From: a virus
Taxonomy: Duplodnaviria > Caudoviricetes
Strand: one strand, 5' to 3'
IMG/VR virus record: IMGVR_UViG_3300001765_000034
Span: 20,150 to 84,149 of that record
Length of the DNA stretch: 64,000 nt
The translations under genes and the position numbers were made by a program. The notes under the pieces are model-generated. The model was not told the origin of the DNA. It searched no databases and saw nothing but the letters and a program-made list of their open reading frames with translations. Within the stretch, counting starts at the first letter, position 1. The number at the start of each line of letters is the position of its first letter. Below, piece after piece: positions 52,385 to 61,749 of the stretch.

Positions 52385-53638
52385 TTATAAATTTCCTGTT
52401 ATTCTTTCACACCATTCTTTTGATTTACTATGAGGCCACACAACCCAATATTTAGGTTGAATTGAAGTTTGGAATTCTCTCCATATTTTACAATACCCAT
52501 CGGGGTCTCTTAACATTGATTGAATTTCATTTATATCAGCATCTTTTCTAAACAAAGTTTCATCGTTCGGACCGTGGAACGCTACAACCCAAAAATCGTA
52601 ATCGGGTTCTTGAACTAAATCATACCCAACATCAATACAATGTTTAAACATCTGTACAAATGTTGCTTCATATTCTTCTTCGGTATCATAAATGGGGTTT
52701 GGTGGTATCTTTTTGTCTAATGTATGTTGCTGAACAGATCGTTTCTTAAATGATATTCCTGAATATCTTTCATAATCCTGAAGAGTTCTAACTGGTCCAA
52801 ATCCATAAATTCCAAAGTCAATATCTTGAGGTTCATTATCCATCCCGAATAACTTTCTGTTTCTCCTAAAAGATTCATCATTTTTTATGTACCAGTTTTT
52901 GACGTCGTCCCATTGTTTAACCTTTCCATTTCTTGTATATTCATGCCATATAATAACTTTATGTGGATGAAACAAATCATATCCCCATGTATAAGCCCTA
53001 ACAGCAAGGGAAATTTCTTCACCATGGAAATAATAATTTGGATCGTGGGGAACTTCCTTTACGAAGGATCCTGATCCAAATGTAAAATGCCCGGAATAAA
53101 ATCTTGCGGGTTCAGGTAATGTTAGTTCTTTGTATTCATCGATTGTGGCGGGTAAGAAATGAACAACCCCTTCTGGAGCAAACCTATCAAAATTCATTCT
53201 CCAAGGTACATTTACCCTACCATTAGGATCATTTGAAGGGTTGTAGGACGGAATGTATCCGGTTAATAGGGGTTTTTCATAACCCTTGTCCTTTAAGGAT
53301 TTATACATTTCAATCAATTGTTCATCCCAATCTTGAACAAATCTGTGATGGGAATCTAGTTGAAGAGTATATTCTTCATCGTCATATTGTTGTTGTAGTT
53401 TGTTTCTTGCCCAACACGGACCTTGAGCCTGTAAGTGAGGAATATCAATGATTTTAAATCTTTTATCATTTTCATATTCAGATAATGTATCCCACTCGTC
53501 TTCGTTGGCGTGTTGCCAACAAATAGAAAATACAAGATTTTCCGGGTTTTTTGATTTTTCAATACAATCTTTAAGCGTGGGTAATAGTTCTTTGTCCCGA
53601 TAGGACGCAATTTGAATAAAAATTTTCTTCTCTTTCAC
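52385..53638 (-). CDS. Gnt1/Skp1-type GlcNAc transferase-like protein (tandem paralog, GTG start)
   Basis: IASYRDKEL, GPCWARN, QLDSHHRF, FHGEEISLAVRAYTWGYDLFHP. Confidence 0.75.
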   Translation of the reverse strand: MKEKKIFIQIASYRDKELLPTLKDCIEKSKNPENLVFSICWQHANEDEWDTLSEYENDKRFKIIDIPHLQAQGPCWARNKLQQQYDDEEYTLQLDSHHRFVQDWDEQLIEMYKSLKDKGYEKPLLTGYIPSYNPSNDPNGRVNVPWRMNFDRFAPEGVVHFLPATIDEYKELTLPEPARFYSGHFTFGSGSFVKEVPHDPNYYFHGEEISLAVRAYTWGYDLFHPHKVIIWHEYTRNGKVKQWDDVKNWYIKNDESFRRNRKLFGMDNEPQDIDFGIYGFGPVRTLQDYERYSGISFKKRSVQQHTLDKKIPPNPIYDTEEEYEATFVQMFKHCIDVGYDLVQEPDYDFWVVAFHGPNDETLFRKDADINEIQSMLRDPDGYCKIWREFQTSIQPKYWVVWPHSKSKEWCERITGNL

Positions 53639-53690
53639 GGTATAAAATTTATTACAATAATATAACCAAAATAAAGAGAAAACTCAAGTA

Positions 53691-54023
53691 CTAAACTTCG
53701 GAATTTTGTGGCGTTTGGTGTGAATATAACTTTTTTTTATAATTATTAATTCCACCTTTAAGTTTGCTTATTTCAGATTGAGCCATAGATAATTGCGTTC
53801 CGATAGAAATCAATCTAGATTTGGATACTGTTTGTAATCCATCAGGTATGTTTGATTGGAGCTTTGAAAAATCTTTAATTGTTTCATTTAATGAGTTCTG
53901 TAATTCTTCAATTTTAAATTGAACCCTACTAAAGTCTTGTCTTGAAACTTTTTTCATTTGTTCGGATAAGAGTTTATTTAAAACTTCTTTTACCTTTTCT
54001 TCTGTTATAATCACTTTTTCCAT
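53691..54023 (-). CDS. Coiled-coil late protein
   Basis: MEKVIITEE..LLSEQ N-terminus; late motif 3 nt upstream of the ATG. Confidence 0.65.
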   Translation of the reverse strand: MEKVIITEEKVKEVLNKLLSEQMKKVSRQDFSRVQFKIEELQNSLNETIKDFSKLQSNIPDGLQTVSKSRLISIGTQLSMAQSEISKLKGGINNYKKKLYSHQTPQNSEV

Positions 54024-54095
54024 ATCAATAAATACTTTTTGATTTAGTTATTTTTTAATTCGAGTAATTTTTCTTATCTTTTAATAAAACATTAA

Positions 54096-55145
54096 ATGAT
54101 GAGAGATTTAAAATTTGATCTGGATGACATCGTGTTAATACCAGCCGAGGTTAGTGAAATTGAAAGTAGAAAAGAATGTAAACTTGGTACCGATTTTCTC
54201 GATTATCGTACAATGCTTCCACTTATGGCAGCACCGATGGATACTGTGGTTTGTGCCGAAAACTATATGAAATATATCCGAGAAGGAATTGTTCCATGTA
54301 TACCTAGAGGTGTTCAAGTTGAACAATATCAATCACAAGAGTTTTTCAAATCATATGGATTAAGTGAAATTGAGGAACAACTGAAAAATCCTGATATTAT
54401 TTATCTTGATTATTTTGGGGATTATAAAAATATATTAATTGATATTGCAAACGGGCACATGAAAAAATTGATTGATATCATAAAAACAATCAAAACAAGA
54501 TATCCCGACATTAATCTTATGGTTGGTAATGTTGCCAATCCCGAAACGTTTGCAAATTTGGCACTTGCCGGTGCCGATTACGTTAGATGTTCTATTGGAA
54601 CGGGAGCTGGATGTACCACAGCCTCTAATGTATCTATCAATTATCCGATGGGTTCATTAATTTCCGAGTGTCGTAAACAAAAAATTCAACTTGGTCTTTA
54701 TCATACTAAAATTGTTGCAGATGGAGGGATGAGGAATTACTCGGACATTATTAAAGCTCTCGCACTGGGTGCTGATTTTGTAATGGTTGGAAGTATCTTC
54801 AATAAATCCATTGGGTCTTCGGGGTTCAATTATCTTTACGGAATAAAACTCAGATATGATCTTGCCAAGAAATTATGGTTATGGGGGTTTCCTGTTAAAA
54901 AGAAATACCGTGGAATGAGTACTAAAGCGGTTCAAAGAAGTTGGGGAAAGTCACAATTGGTAACCGCTGAGGGAATTACAAAATATCAAAAAGTTGAATA
55001 CACATTGGAACAGTGGACGGAAAACTTTAAGGATTATTTAAGGTCAGCAATGAGTTATTCTAACGCAAAAAAATTGGACGACTTTGTAGGGTACGCCCAA
55101 TATGTGTTCATAACAGAAAGTGCAAGGAGAAGATTTGATAAGTAA
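54096..55145 (+). CDS. guaC: GMP reductase / IMPDH family oxidoreductase
   Basis: PLMAAPMDTV, IDIANGH, GNVANP, IGTGAGCTT catalytic Cys loop, IVADGG, ALALGADFVMVG, YRGM. Confidence 0.8.
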   Translation: MMRDLKFDLDDIVLIPAEVSEIESRKECKLGTDFLDYRTMLPLMAAPMDTVVCAENYMKYIREGIVPCIPRGVQVEQYQSQEFFKSYGLSEIEEQLKNPDIIYLDYFGDYKNILIDIANGHMKKLIDIIKTIKTRYPDINLMVGNVANPETFANLALAGADYVRCSIGTGAGCTTASNVSINYPMGSLISECRKQKIQLGLYHTKIVADGGMRNYSDIIKALALGADFVMVGSIFNKSIGSSGFNYLYGIKLRYDLAKKLWLWGFPVKKKYRGMSTKAVQRSWGKSQLVTAEGITKYQKVEYTLEQWTENFKDYLRSAMSYSNAKKLDDFVGYAQYVFITESARRRFDK

Positions 55146-55385
55146 TTAATCAATCCTGAAATCGGTATCTGTACCTTTCATTTCAAGATCTTTAACCATA
55201 CCATCTTTAATGTATTTTCTAATCAACGCGGAAACGGTTGTATTTTGATCGTCAGCAACCCTTTCAATTTTTTTATAATAGTTAGGAACAATTCTAAATG
55301 ATAACATTCGAACTAGTTGGTTATGTTTCGGCTGATCCGATTCTCCTGGGTGTGATGATTTTTCTTGTGATTTTTTAGTTGCCAT
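55146..55385 (-). CDS. Ribbon-helix-helix-like DNA-binding protein
   Basis: MLSFRI..YYKKIERVADDQNTTVSALIRKYI pattern; late motif at 55400. Confidence 0.6.
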   Translation of the reverse strand: MATKKSQEKSSHPGESDQPKHNQLVRMLSFRIVPNYYKKIERVADDQNTTVSALIRKYIKDGMVKDLEMKGTDTDFRID

Positions 55386-55477
55386 CTTAATTGTTTTTGT
55401 ATAAATATTTGGTATTGTGTCTTTTTTTCATTATATTTTAATAATCTTATAAAATAAACATCAAAAATAGATTAATT

Positions 55478-55852
55478 ATGTCAGAAGAAGAAAGTAAATC
55501 GTCAAAAGTAACAAAATCAGAAGCTGTTCTTGAGTGTGAGAGGATATATCCCGAAACCACCAAGGAATTTAAGAAGATCCTGAATGAACAATATGAATTG
55601 TTCTGTAAAAAACAACTAAATTATGGCCCCGAAAACATTTCTGTTGGGACTAAACTCTCCAATCCAGATGAAATTAAAGTTTCATTAACTGGAATATGGT
55701 TTAGGGTCAACGATAAAGTTCAACGATTAAAGCAACTTGTCTTATTAAGTAAGAAAGATATGGTTGGAGAATCAATTGATGATTCTTTCGTTGATATGTC
55801 CGTGTACGGAATCATAGCCCAAATTGTTAGTAGAGGGAAGTGGGGAAAGTAG
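55478..55852 (+). CDS. DUF1599 / nucleotide-modification-associated domain protein
   Basis: KQLNYG, RVNDKVQRL, DMSVYGII. Confidence 0.65.
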   Translation: MSEEESKSSKVTKSEAVLECERIYPETTKEFKKILNEQYELFCKKQLNYGPENISVGTKLSNPDEIKVSLTGIWFRVNDKVQRLKQLVLLSKKDMVGESIDDSFVDMSVYGIIAQIVSRGKWGK

Positions 55853-55866
55853 GATTATGTAGTTAG

Positions 55867-55907
55867 AAAAAAAATGGGGAATAGTTTGTACAATTCCCCA
55901 TTTTTTT
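55867..55907. terminator. Bidirectional intrinsic terminator
   Basis: AAAAATGGGGAAT/ATTCCCCATTTTT. Confidence 0.75.
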
Positions 55908-55948
55908 ATTATCTTTGTATCGATGTAACTATTTATTGAGATAACATT

Positions 55949-56386
55949 ATGGAAGACAAAGAACAAAACCGCAGAGATATGAAAGTTAACGTTAATCACC
56001 CTTCATTCATCTCATTTCTTGAGAATATATCACAGAATATTTTATCGGCAATTAAAGTTGACCATTATTTTGATTTATCGGAAGAAAAAAAACTTACGGT
56101 ATCATATACAGTATTGAATCTTTTAAAGAACAGTGCTAAAGTCAAGGCAAATTTAACTGATGAAGAATTAAAAAGCTTCATATCGGTTTTATGTAAAAAG
56201 AATGAAGACGCTGAACATTATGAGTTTGCAGCCGTATTAAATGACGTGGTCAAAAATTTCGATGCTGTTAATAAGTTAAACCAGTCCACAAAGAAAAAAT
56301 TACCACCAAAGAAAACCCCTAATGTTAAAGAGGGGGAATTGGGGATGGGTGAGGATGATGGGAAGGGTAAGGAATCTCTTCAATAA
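55949..56386 (+). CDS. Hypothetical protein with UVR-like motif
   Basis: EDAEHYEFAAVLND; TATCTTTG box at 55910. Confidence 0.65.
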   Translation: MEDKEQNRRDMKVNVNHPSFISFLENISQNILSAIKVDHYFDLSEEKKLTVSYTVLNLLKNSAKVKANLTDEELKSFISVLCKKNEDAEHYEFAAVLNDVVKNFDAVNKLNQSTKKKLPPKKTPNVKEGELGMGEDDGKGKESLQ

Positions 56387-56585
56387 TTTCAGCATCTGGA
56401 CATTCAAACACAAAAACATATTCTTCTTCATCCTGATTCTTGGTTTTCAAGACAGTATCACAATGCCATGCATTTCGTACATCAATAATACGATTTTCTT
56501 TAATTACACCTTTCGGTATTCTCCTATATACTTTATATAACTTATCATTAAAAGTTAATAATTCGGTGCGCAATATTTTGTTCAT
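56325..56585 (-). CDS. Hypothetical protein, 3' end overlapping the convergent ORF
   Basis: 86 aa, phage-like composition, Pro/His-rich tail. Confidence 0.55.
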   Translation of the reverse strand: MNKILRTELLTFNDKLYKVYRRIPKGVIKENRIIDVRNAWHCDTVLKTKNQDEEEYVFVFECPDAEIIEEIPYPSHHPHPSPIPPL

Positions 56586-56675
56586 CTCTTCATAATTTAA
56601 CTAAATATATGTAAAATTATGGACATTATAATTACAAAATACAATTAATTTTATATTTATAAGTATAATTAGAAT

Positions 56676-56957
56676 ATGAAGACATATATATTTACCGAAG
56701 ATCAGATTCAAGGAGTAGTTAATTCTCTTATATATGAGCATATATTAAAGGAACAAAACGATAACCTCAATTTATTGAAACTTAACGATATTGCTGAAAT
56801 TGTTGCAAGATTGGGAATGGATCAAAAGGTATTATTAAAAATTTTCATTGATATGTATCGAAAAGAAGGATCTGAAGGGGTAATAAGATTATTTAATTCA
56901 GCCACCGACCTTGAACTTGAAGAATTTGGTTATGGCAGTTTTCACATAAAACATTAA
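56676..56957 (+). CDS. Small late protein
   Basis: MKTYIFTEDQ..ILKEQ; late motif at 56654. Confidence 0.65.
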   Translation: MKTYIFTEDQIQGVVNSLIYEHILKEQNDNLNLLKLNDIAEIVARLGMDQKVLLKIFIDMYRKEGSEGVIRLFNSATDLELEEFGYGSFHIKH

Positions 56958-56960
56958 CAT

Positions 56961-58760
56961 ATGAAATTTAGAGATTTATTGTTGTTAGAACAACCAGAAC
57001 CGGAAGAACCATTTTTAAATGGTAATCCAGAAGATAATGATGAATTACCGGGTGAACAATTTCCTGTCGGTGATGAGGGCGATGAAAACGACGACCAAGG
57101 GGAAGACCCTGATCAACCTCAAGAGCCAGGACAACCTAAACCCCAAAAACAATTATCTTTAACCCAACAGGCAAAGAAAAAATGGTTAGAAGAAAATCCG
57201 GCGTTAAGTGATTTCCAACTTGATGATGCGGTTGGGTTCTTTAGGTTAAGAAAAGATAATCTAAGAGAATACCATCCATATGGATATGTTGATCCACAAA
57301 CTCGGGCTCATTATATTAATCTTCCGGAAGTAACTGCACTTGCAATGAGATTTCCAAGAATGGAACCCGTCTTATCACAAAATGATAAGATGAAAGATAT
57401 TATAAATTATCCATGGGAAGTTATGGAATTCTATATGGATAATGTTAGAGCAGCCAACGCCGTTATTGATGAGGAAAACCTCGTTCCGGGAACAAAACTT
57501 CCATTTGAGGAACAATTACAACTTGCAAAAGAAAAATGGAATAATCCTGAAAATAAAATTATTGATGAAGGAGGTCTTAAAGTCTATAAAATTGAAAGTA
57601 AAAATGAATCAATCATATACGGTAGCATACAGCGAATCTTAAATTTAAAAAGAAAAGAAGAGGGGAATAATATAGGGAATGTGTATTGGTGTACCACGGT
57701 CCCCCTTAATGATAAAAGTCGTTCAAATTTATGGACAAATTATCGGCCAGAACACGCTTTCTATTATGCTTGGGATTCAACTAGAGATGTAAGTGATAGA
57801 CACTATTGTACTTCTATTCAGTCCAACCAACGGGGTAACTATACTCTTGTGGATTTATATAATAAAACCATAACAGGAGTAAGATGGGATGAAGTTGTCG
57901 ATAAATATCCAGTATTAAACGGTAAAGAACGTCTATTTCCTCACTTTGGAATAACACCAAAAGAAAAGAATGATCTTACTATTGAAAAAATTTCGATGTC
58001 TCCTGGAAATAAATATTATTTCGGAACGATACCGGAATCATATCAAAACGCATATGTCGATTCGGGAAGACATGTCAATGATGTTAAAGCGTTTTTAACA
58101 ATGAGACCGAAGACACGAAAATTATATGTGGATAAAACCTCGCTGGAGGATGGTGATGTTCAAACTAGGTTCACTTGTAATGATCCAAATAATCCTTATG
58201 GAATTTTAGAAATTCTTAGACTTCAAATTAAACCTGAGAATCTTTACAAATATCTTGATAATAAAATTTTAAGAACTAATCTCGGTATCGAAGAAGGTAT
58301 TTTGGCTATTAAAAAATTAATTATCGGTACCAATTGGGATAGATGGTTATCTGATGATGAAAAACAGGTTACGTTGATTAGAAAAAGGCCAACAGGACAG
58401 AGAAATATGAGAGAAACAAAAATACCATATGGTATTATGAACGCCGAAACTGGTGATATTGTAAAACCGCCAGAATATGTTGCACAATTACCAAAACCAT
58501 ATGTTAAACCTTATCTAAATGCTGAAGGTAGAATAATGAGAGATAAACAATACATTTTCCAAAAGTTTGCTTATAAATCAGGGGACGGTAATGTTGACCA
58601 AAACGAAGGGTTTTATATGTTTTATTCTAAAACATCAATTGTTAAACCACAAGGCGGTAATGTTAACGAAAGTTATTTAAAAGCACAATATTTTGAATTA
58701 GAAGAAGGTGAACAGTACATTAATTCAAAAGTTAATACAGGTGAATTGGTTAAAATCTAA
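56961..58760 (+). CDS. Large hypothetical late protein
   Basis: 599 aa, MKFRDLLLLEQ followed by an acidic Pro-rich linker. Confidence 0.7.
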   Translation: MKFRDLLLLEQPEPEEPFLNGNPEDNDELPGEQFPVGDEGDENDDQGEDPDQPQEPGQPKPQKQLSLTQQAKKKWLEENPALSDFQLDDAVGFFRLRKDNLREYHPYGYVDPQTRAHYINLPEVTALAMRFPRMEPVLSQNDKMKDIINYPWEVMEFYMDNVRAANAVIDEENLVPGTKLPFEEQLQLAKEKWNNPENKIIDEGGLKVYKIESKNESIIYGSIQRILNLKRKEEGNNIGNVYWCTTVPLNDKSRSNLWTNYRPEHAFYYAWDSTRDVSDRHYCTSIQSNQRGNYTLVDLYNKTITGVRWDEVVDKYPVLNGKERLFPHFGITPKEKNDLTIEKISMSPGNKYYFGTIPESYQNAYVDSGRHVNDVKAFLTMRPKTRKLYVDKTSLEDGDVQTRFTCNDPNNPYGILEILRLQIKPENLYKYLDNKILRTNLGIEEGILAIKKLIIGTNWDRWLSDDEKQVTLIRKRPTGQRNMRETKIPYGIMNAETGDIVKPPEYVAQLPKPYVKPYLNAEGRIMRDKQYIFQKFAYKSGDGNVDQNEGFYMFYSKTSIVKPQGGNVNESYLKAQYFELEEGEQYINSKVNTGELVKI

Positions 58761-59231
58761 ATGAAAATGAAAAAACTTATACTAACAGAAAAACAGGCTA
58801 CAAAATTAATGGATAAAATACTTTCCGAAGAATTGTTGGATAAAAACAAATATTCTCAAGAAGTATCTTGTAACATTGATTATCATCGACTAACATATAA
58901 TGGTAATGAAATTGAATGGATTCCAAATGTAAAGTTTAACGTAACATTTGAAATTGAAATGGACGGTAGAAGTTACGGAATTAAGGGAATAAGCGTCTTC
59001 AATTTTAATGGCCCTCAAGAAATTGAATTATCTATTACATACTATCCTGAAGGATCTGAAGATCCAATGGATGATACTATTACAGTTCCAATAGACTGGT
59101 CAAATATCACCACAGAAGAAGCTAATATTGGATGGATAGGAATAGATAATGAAGTTGAACTGAAATTACAAAATAATGAGAGGGGCGAATTAATAAGCGG
59201 TGGCTTATTAATCTACGTAAAAAGTATATAA
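58761..59231 (+). CDS. Hypothetical late protein
   Basis: MKMKKLILTEKQ..ILSEE N-terminus. Confidence 0.65.
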   Translation: MKMKKLILTEKQATKLMDKILSEELLDKNKYSQEVSCNIDYHRLTYNGNEIEWIPNVKFNVTFEIEMDGRSYGIKGISVFNFNGPQEIELSITYYPEGSEDPMDDTITVPIDWSNITTEEANIGWIGIDNEVELKLQNNERGELISGGLLIYVKSI

Positions 59232-59271
59232 ACTATTTACAAAACTTTTTTTTTCATATATATTTATGTTT

Positions 59272-60255
59272 AACCTTGTGATTGAGGTTCTAGTGCCGGT
59301 AAAACGACATTTGAGTTGGAATTGATACCAACAAATAGAGGCTCAAATACATTAAAATAAAAATAAGGTATGAAAAAAGTAACAGTAGGGCGTACTGAGC
59401 CCGTCGCTTATGTAACCAAAGGTAAACATCGACTAAAACAGTACAACAATGACACCGTATATCTCAGAAACGGTGATGAATTCGAACTCGAATTATTTAA
59501 TCCCACAACAGACAAAGTAATGGCTAAAATTGAACTCAATGGGAATTCCCTTGGGGCTGGTATTGTTCTACGCCCCGGAGAAAGAGTATTCATTGAAAGA
59601 TACTTGGAAGAGGCTAGGAAGTTTATGTTTCAGACATACGAAGTTAATGGTAAGAATGAAGAGGTAAAACAAGCAATTGCAAATAATGGTAATGTTAGGG
59701 TTTTATTCTATAAAGAAATCATTAATAATTATCCTGTGACATATACCACATGGACAACAAATTGGCCGACATGGTACGGTGGAAGCACATCCGCCCCTGT
59801 ATTTGGAAATATGGGGTCAACGGGAAATATGGGGACAATAAAAAATACAGGTAGGGATTTTGATGGAGTTTCATCGGCATCGGTAATGTACACTAGCTCG
59901 GTATCTCCCCAATCCTGTATGGATAGTATGGATTTTATGGCTATGGATACGGAACAGAAGAGATCTGCACCGTCAGCCAGAAAAATGAGTAAATCTATCA
60001 CAAATATTGAAACAGGAAGGATAGATAAAGGATCGATATCAAACCAATCATTTGGTCACGACTACTCAAGTTTTAACACATATTGGACGTGGGAAACTAA
60101 ATGGAAAATCCTTCCAGAATCTCAGAAACCGTTAGTATCTGAGGATATTAAAGTTTTCTGTACCAATTGTGGTGCTAGACAAAAAAAGTCAACACATAAG
60201 TTCTGTCCAAATTGCGGAACTTCGTTTTAAATAACAATAATAAAATCACAAGGTT
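59272..60255. repeat. 12-bp inverted repeat flanking ORF 59370-60230
   Basis: AACCTTGTGATT 59272-83 and AATCACAAGGTT 60244-55. Confidence 0.75.
59370..60230 (+). CDS. Hypothetical protein with C-terminal zinc ribbon
   Basis: CTNCG...KFCPNCG; beta-rich N-terminal domain. Confidence 0.75.
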   Translation: MKKVTVGRTEPVAYVTKGKHRLKQYNNDTVYLRNGDEFELELFNPTTDKVMAKIELNGNSLGAGIVLRPGERVFIERYLEEARKFMFQTYEVNGKNEEVKQAIANNGNVRVLFYKEIINNYPVTYTTWTTNWPTWYGGSTSAPVFGNMGSTGNMGTIKNTGRDFDGVSSASVMYTSSVSPQSCMDSMDFMAMDTEQKRSAPSARKMSKSITNIETGRIDKGSISNQSFGHDYSSFNTYWTWETKWKILPESQKPLVSEDIKVFCTNCGARQKKSTHKFCPNCGTSF

Positions 60256-60256
60256 T

Positions 60257-60283
60257 AAAGGTGTCGAATTCGACACCTTTTTT
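60257..60283 (+). terminator. Intrinsic terminator
   Basis: AAAGGTGTCG-AATT-CGACACCTTT followed by a T-run. Confidence 0.85.
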
Positions 60284-60341
60284 ATTTGGCAAATCCAAAA
60301 ATAGTTTTTACCTTTACACCGTATAATAAAAATACATAAAA

Positions 60342-60539
60342 ATGAAAAAGATTGAAAACAGCTTTATCCGTATGAGAAGATTCATTATTGGTCTTATCAT
60401 TATAACCTTTGTATTCATCATAGGATGTGGCGTTGTTGGTGAAAAATCACCTAACGCATGGGATGATGCAAAGAAAAATGGATATAAAGTTCTTCCTTCA
60501 GACGAAACCAACAAAGATTCTCTAATTTATGCTAATTAG
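60342..60539 (+). CDS. Small putative lipoprotein
   Basis: Hydrophobic stretch ending FIIG-C. Confidence 0.55.
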   Translation: MKKIENSFIRMRRFIIGLIIITFVFIIGCGVVGEKSPNAWDDAKKNGYKVLPSDETNKDSLIYAN

Positions 60540-61749
60540 GGGTTTGTGGGTAAAACGCACTCTTAAACGGATTAAGTAGATATCTTCTATTTGGTGCGGT
60601 ATCAACTGGCGTAATAGTTTTCGCATTTTCAGGTGTCCAAGCTGGCCCAAATTTGTCAGTTTCTCCTACACCTTTATATTTAAAAATTCCACCAAATTCG
60701 GGTAGATTTTTATTTAAAATTTCTGCAATAATTTTAGCCCTCTCAACAGATAAACATAAATTATAATCTGATCTTGTTTTATTACCTGAGCATGGTTGAT
60801 ATTTTCCCTGAATTGCTTCATTCGGATCTCCATCTCTACTTGAATATCCATAAACTGTTGGATTTTGAGATTTTACATAATCAATAAATGGTTGACCATA
60901 CTGTTCTGCAAATCTTTTTAACAGACTAATATATTCTTGTAATGAACCATTTACAGCCTGTTCATTTTTAAATGTAACATCACTGAAATTAAAGACATCT
61001 CCAAGACCTTGGAATTGGAATCTTTCTGGCGATATAAAATTTTGTTGTTTATTTTTTTCTTGTCCTGGTGGTTGGTCAATAAGAGTAATTTGTGATACAC
61101 CACTTTCAATATCTGAAGCACTTAAAATAGCATAAAATTCACCAAATTGTTTAGGAAGTTTTAAGTGTATAGGTTGTCTTAAAAAGAACTCCCCTAGTGG
61201 ATAAGGTCGGGTTATATCAATAGCAGCTCTTTTTTGTTTTCTATCCATTCTTTCTGAATCTGGGCCAACAACTTCAAAATGGAAATATGACTGTTCACCC
61301 GTGTCTCCTGCAAATAATTCAGCTGAAATAGGCTTTCCTTCAAGTTGTGCCTTAATATTTGGGTTTTTCATTACCATTTCCTTATATTCCGGAATTTTTT
61401 CAATTTCGGGCATCAGAAGTGATATTGGTATAGTACCACCAGCAATGGATTTCCCTTTAGGTATTACCAATGCGTGGACACCACGTTTAACTCGTCTCAT
61501 AGGATATTTTTTATCCCCAAGAGTTAAACTATATTCATCTGATCCAGAAAGATCAACTGAAATATTAATATCATTAAGAATTCTTGCCAATCTTTTTTCA
61601 TCGTTAAGAATATCATTAATTTTTTGTTGAATCACAAATAATTGGTTTGTAGGATTACTTGAAGACACTTGTTCTATAAGAAGGCTAGTTGGAACATTTT
61701 CCACCCCCATTATTTTTTTGAATTGATTTTCGTTTACAATGATTTTCAT
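60532..61749 (-). CDS. Late protein with C-terminal OmpA-like domain
   Basis: VYGYSSRDG, YNLCLSVERAKII, KGVGET, NRR motifs. Confidence 0.65.
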   Translation of the reverse strand: MKIIVNENQFKKIMGVENVPTSLLIEQVSSSNPTNQLFVIQQKINDILNDEKRLARILNDINISVDLSGSDEYSLTLGDKKYPMRRVKRGVHALVIPKGKSIAGGTIPISLLMPEIEKIPEYKEMVMKNPNIKAQLEGKPISAELFAGDTGEQSYFHFEVVGPDSERMDRKQKRAAIDITRPYPLGEFFLRQPIHLKLPKQFGEFYAILSASDIESGVSQITLIDQPPGQEKNKQQNFISPERFQFQGLGDVFNFSDVTFKNEQAVNGSLQEYISLLKRFAEQYGQPFIDYVKSQNPTVYGYSSRDGDPNEAIQGKYQPCSGNKTRSDYNLCLSVERAKIIAEILNKNLPEFGGIFKYKGVGETDKFGPAWTPENAKTITPVDTAPNRRYLLNPFKSAFYPQTPN

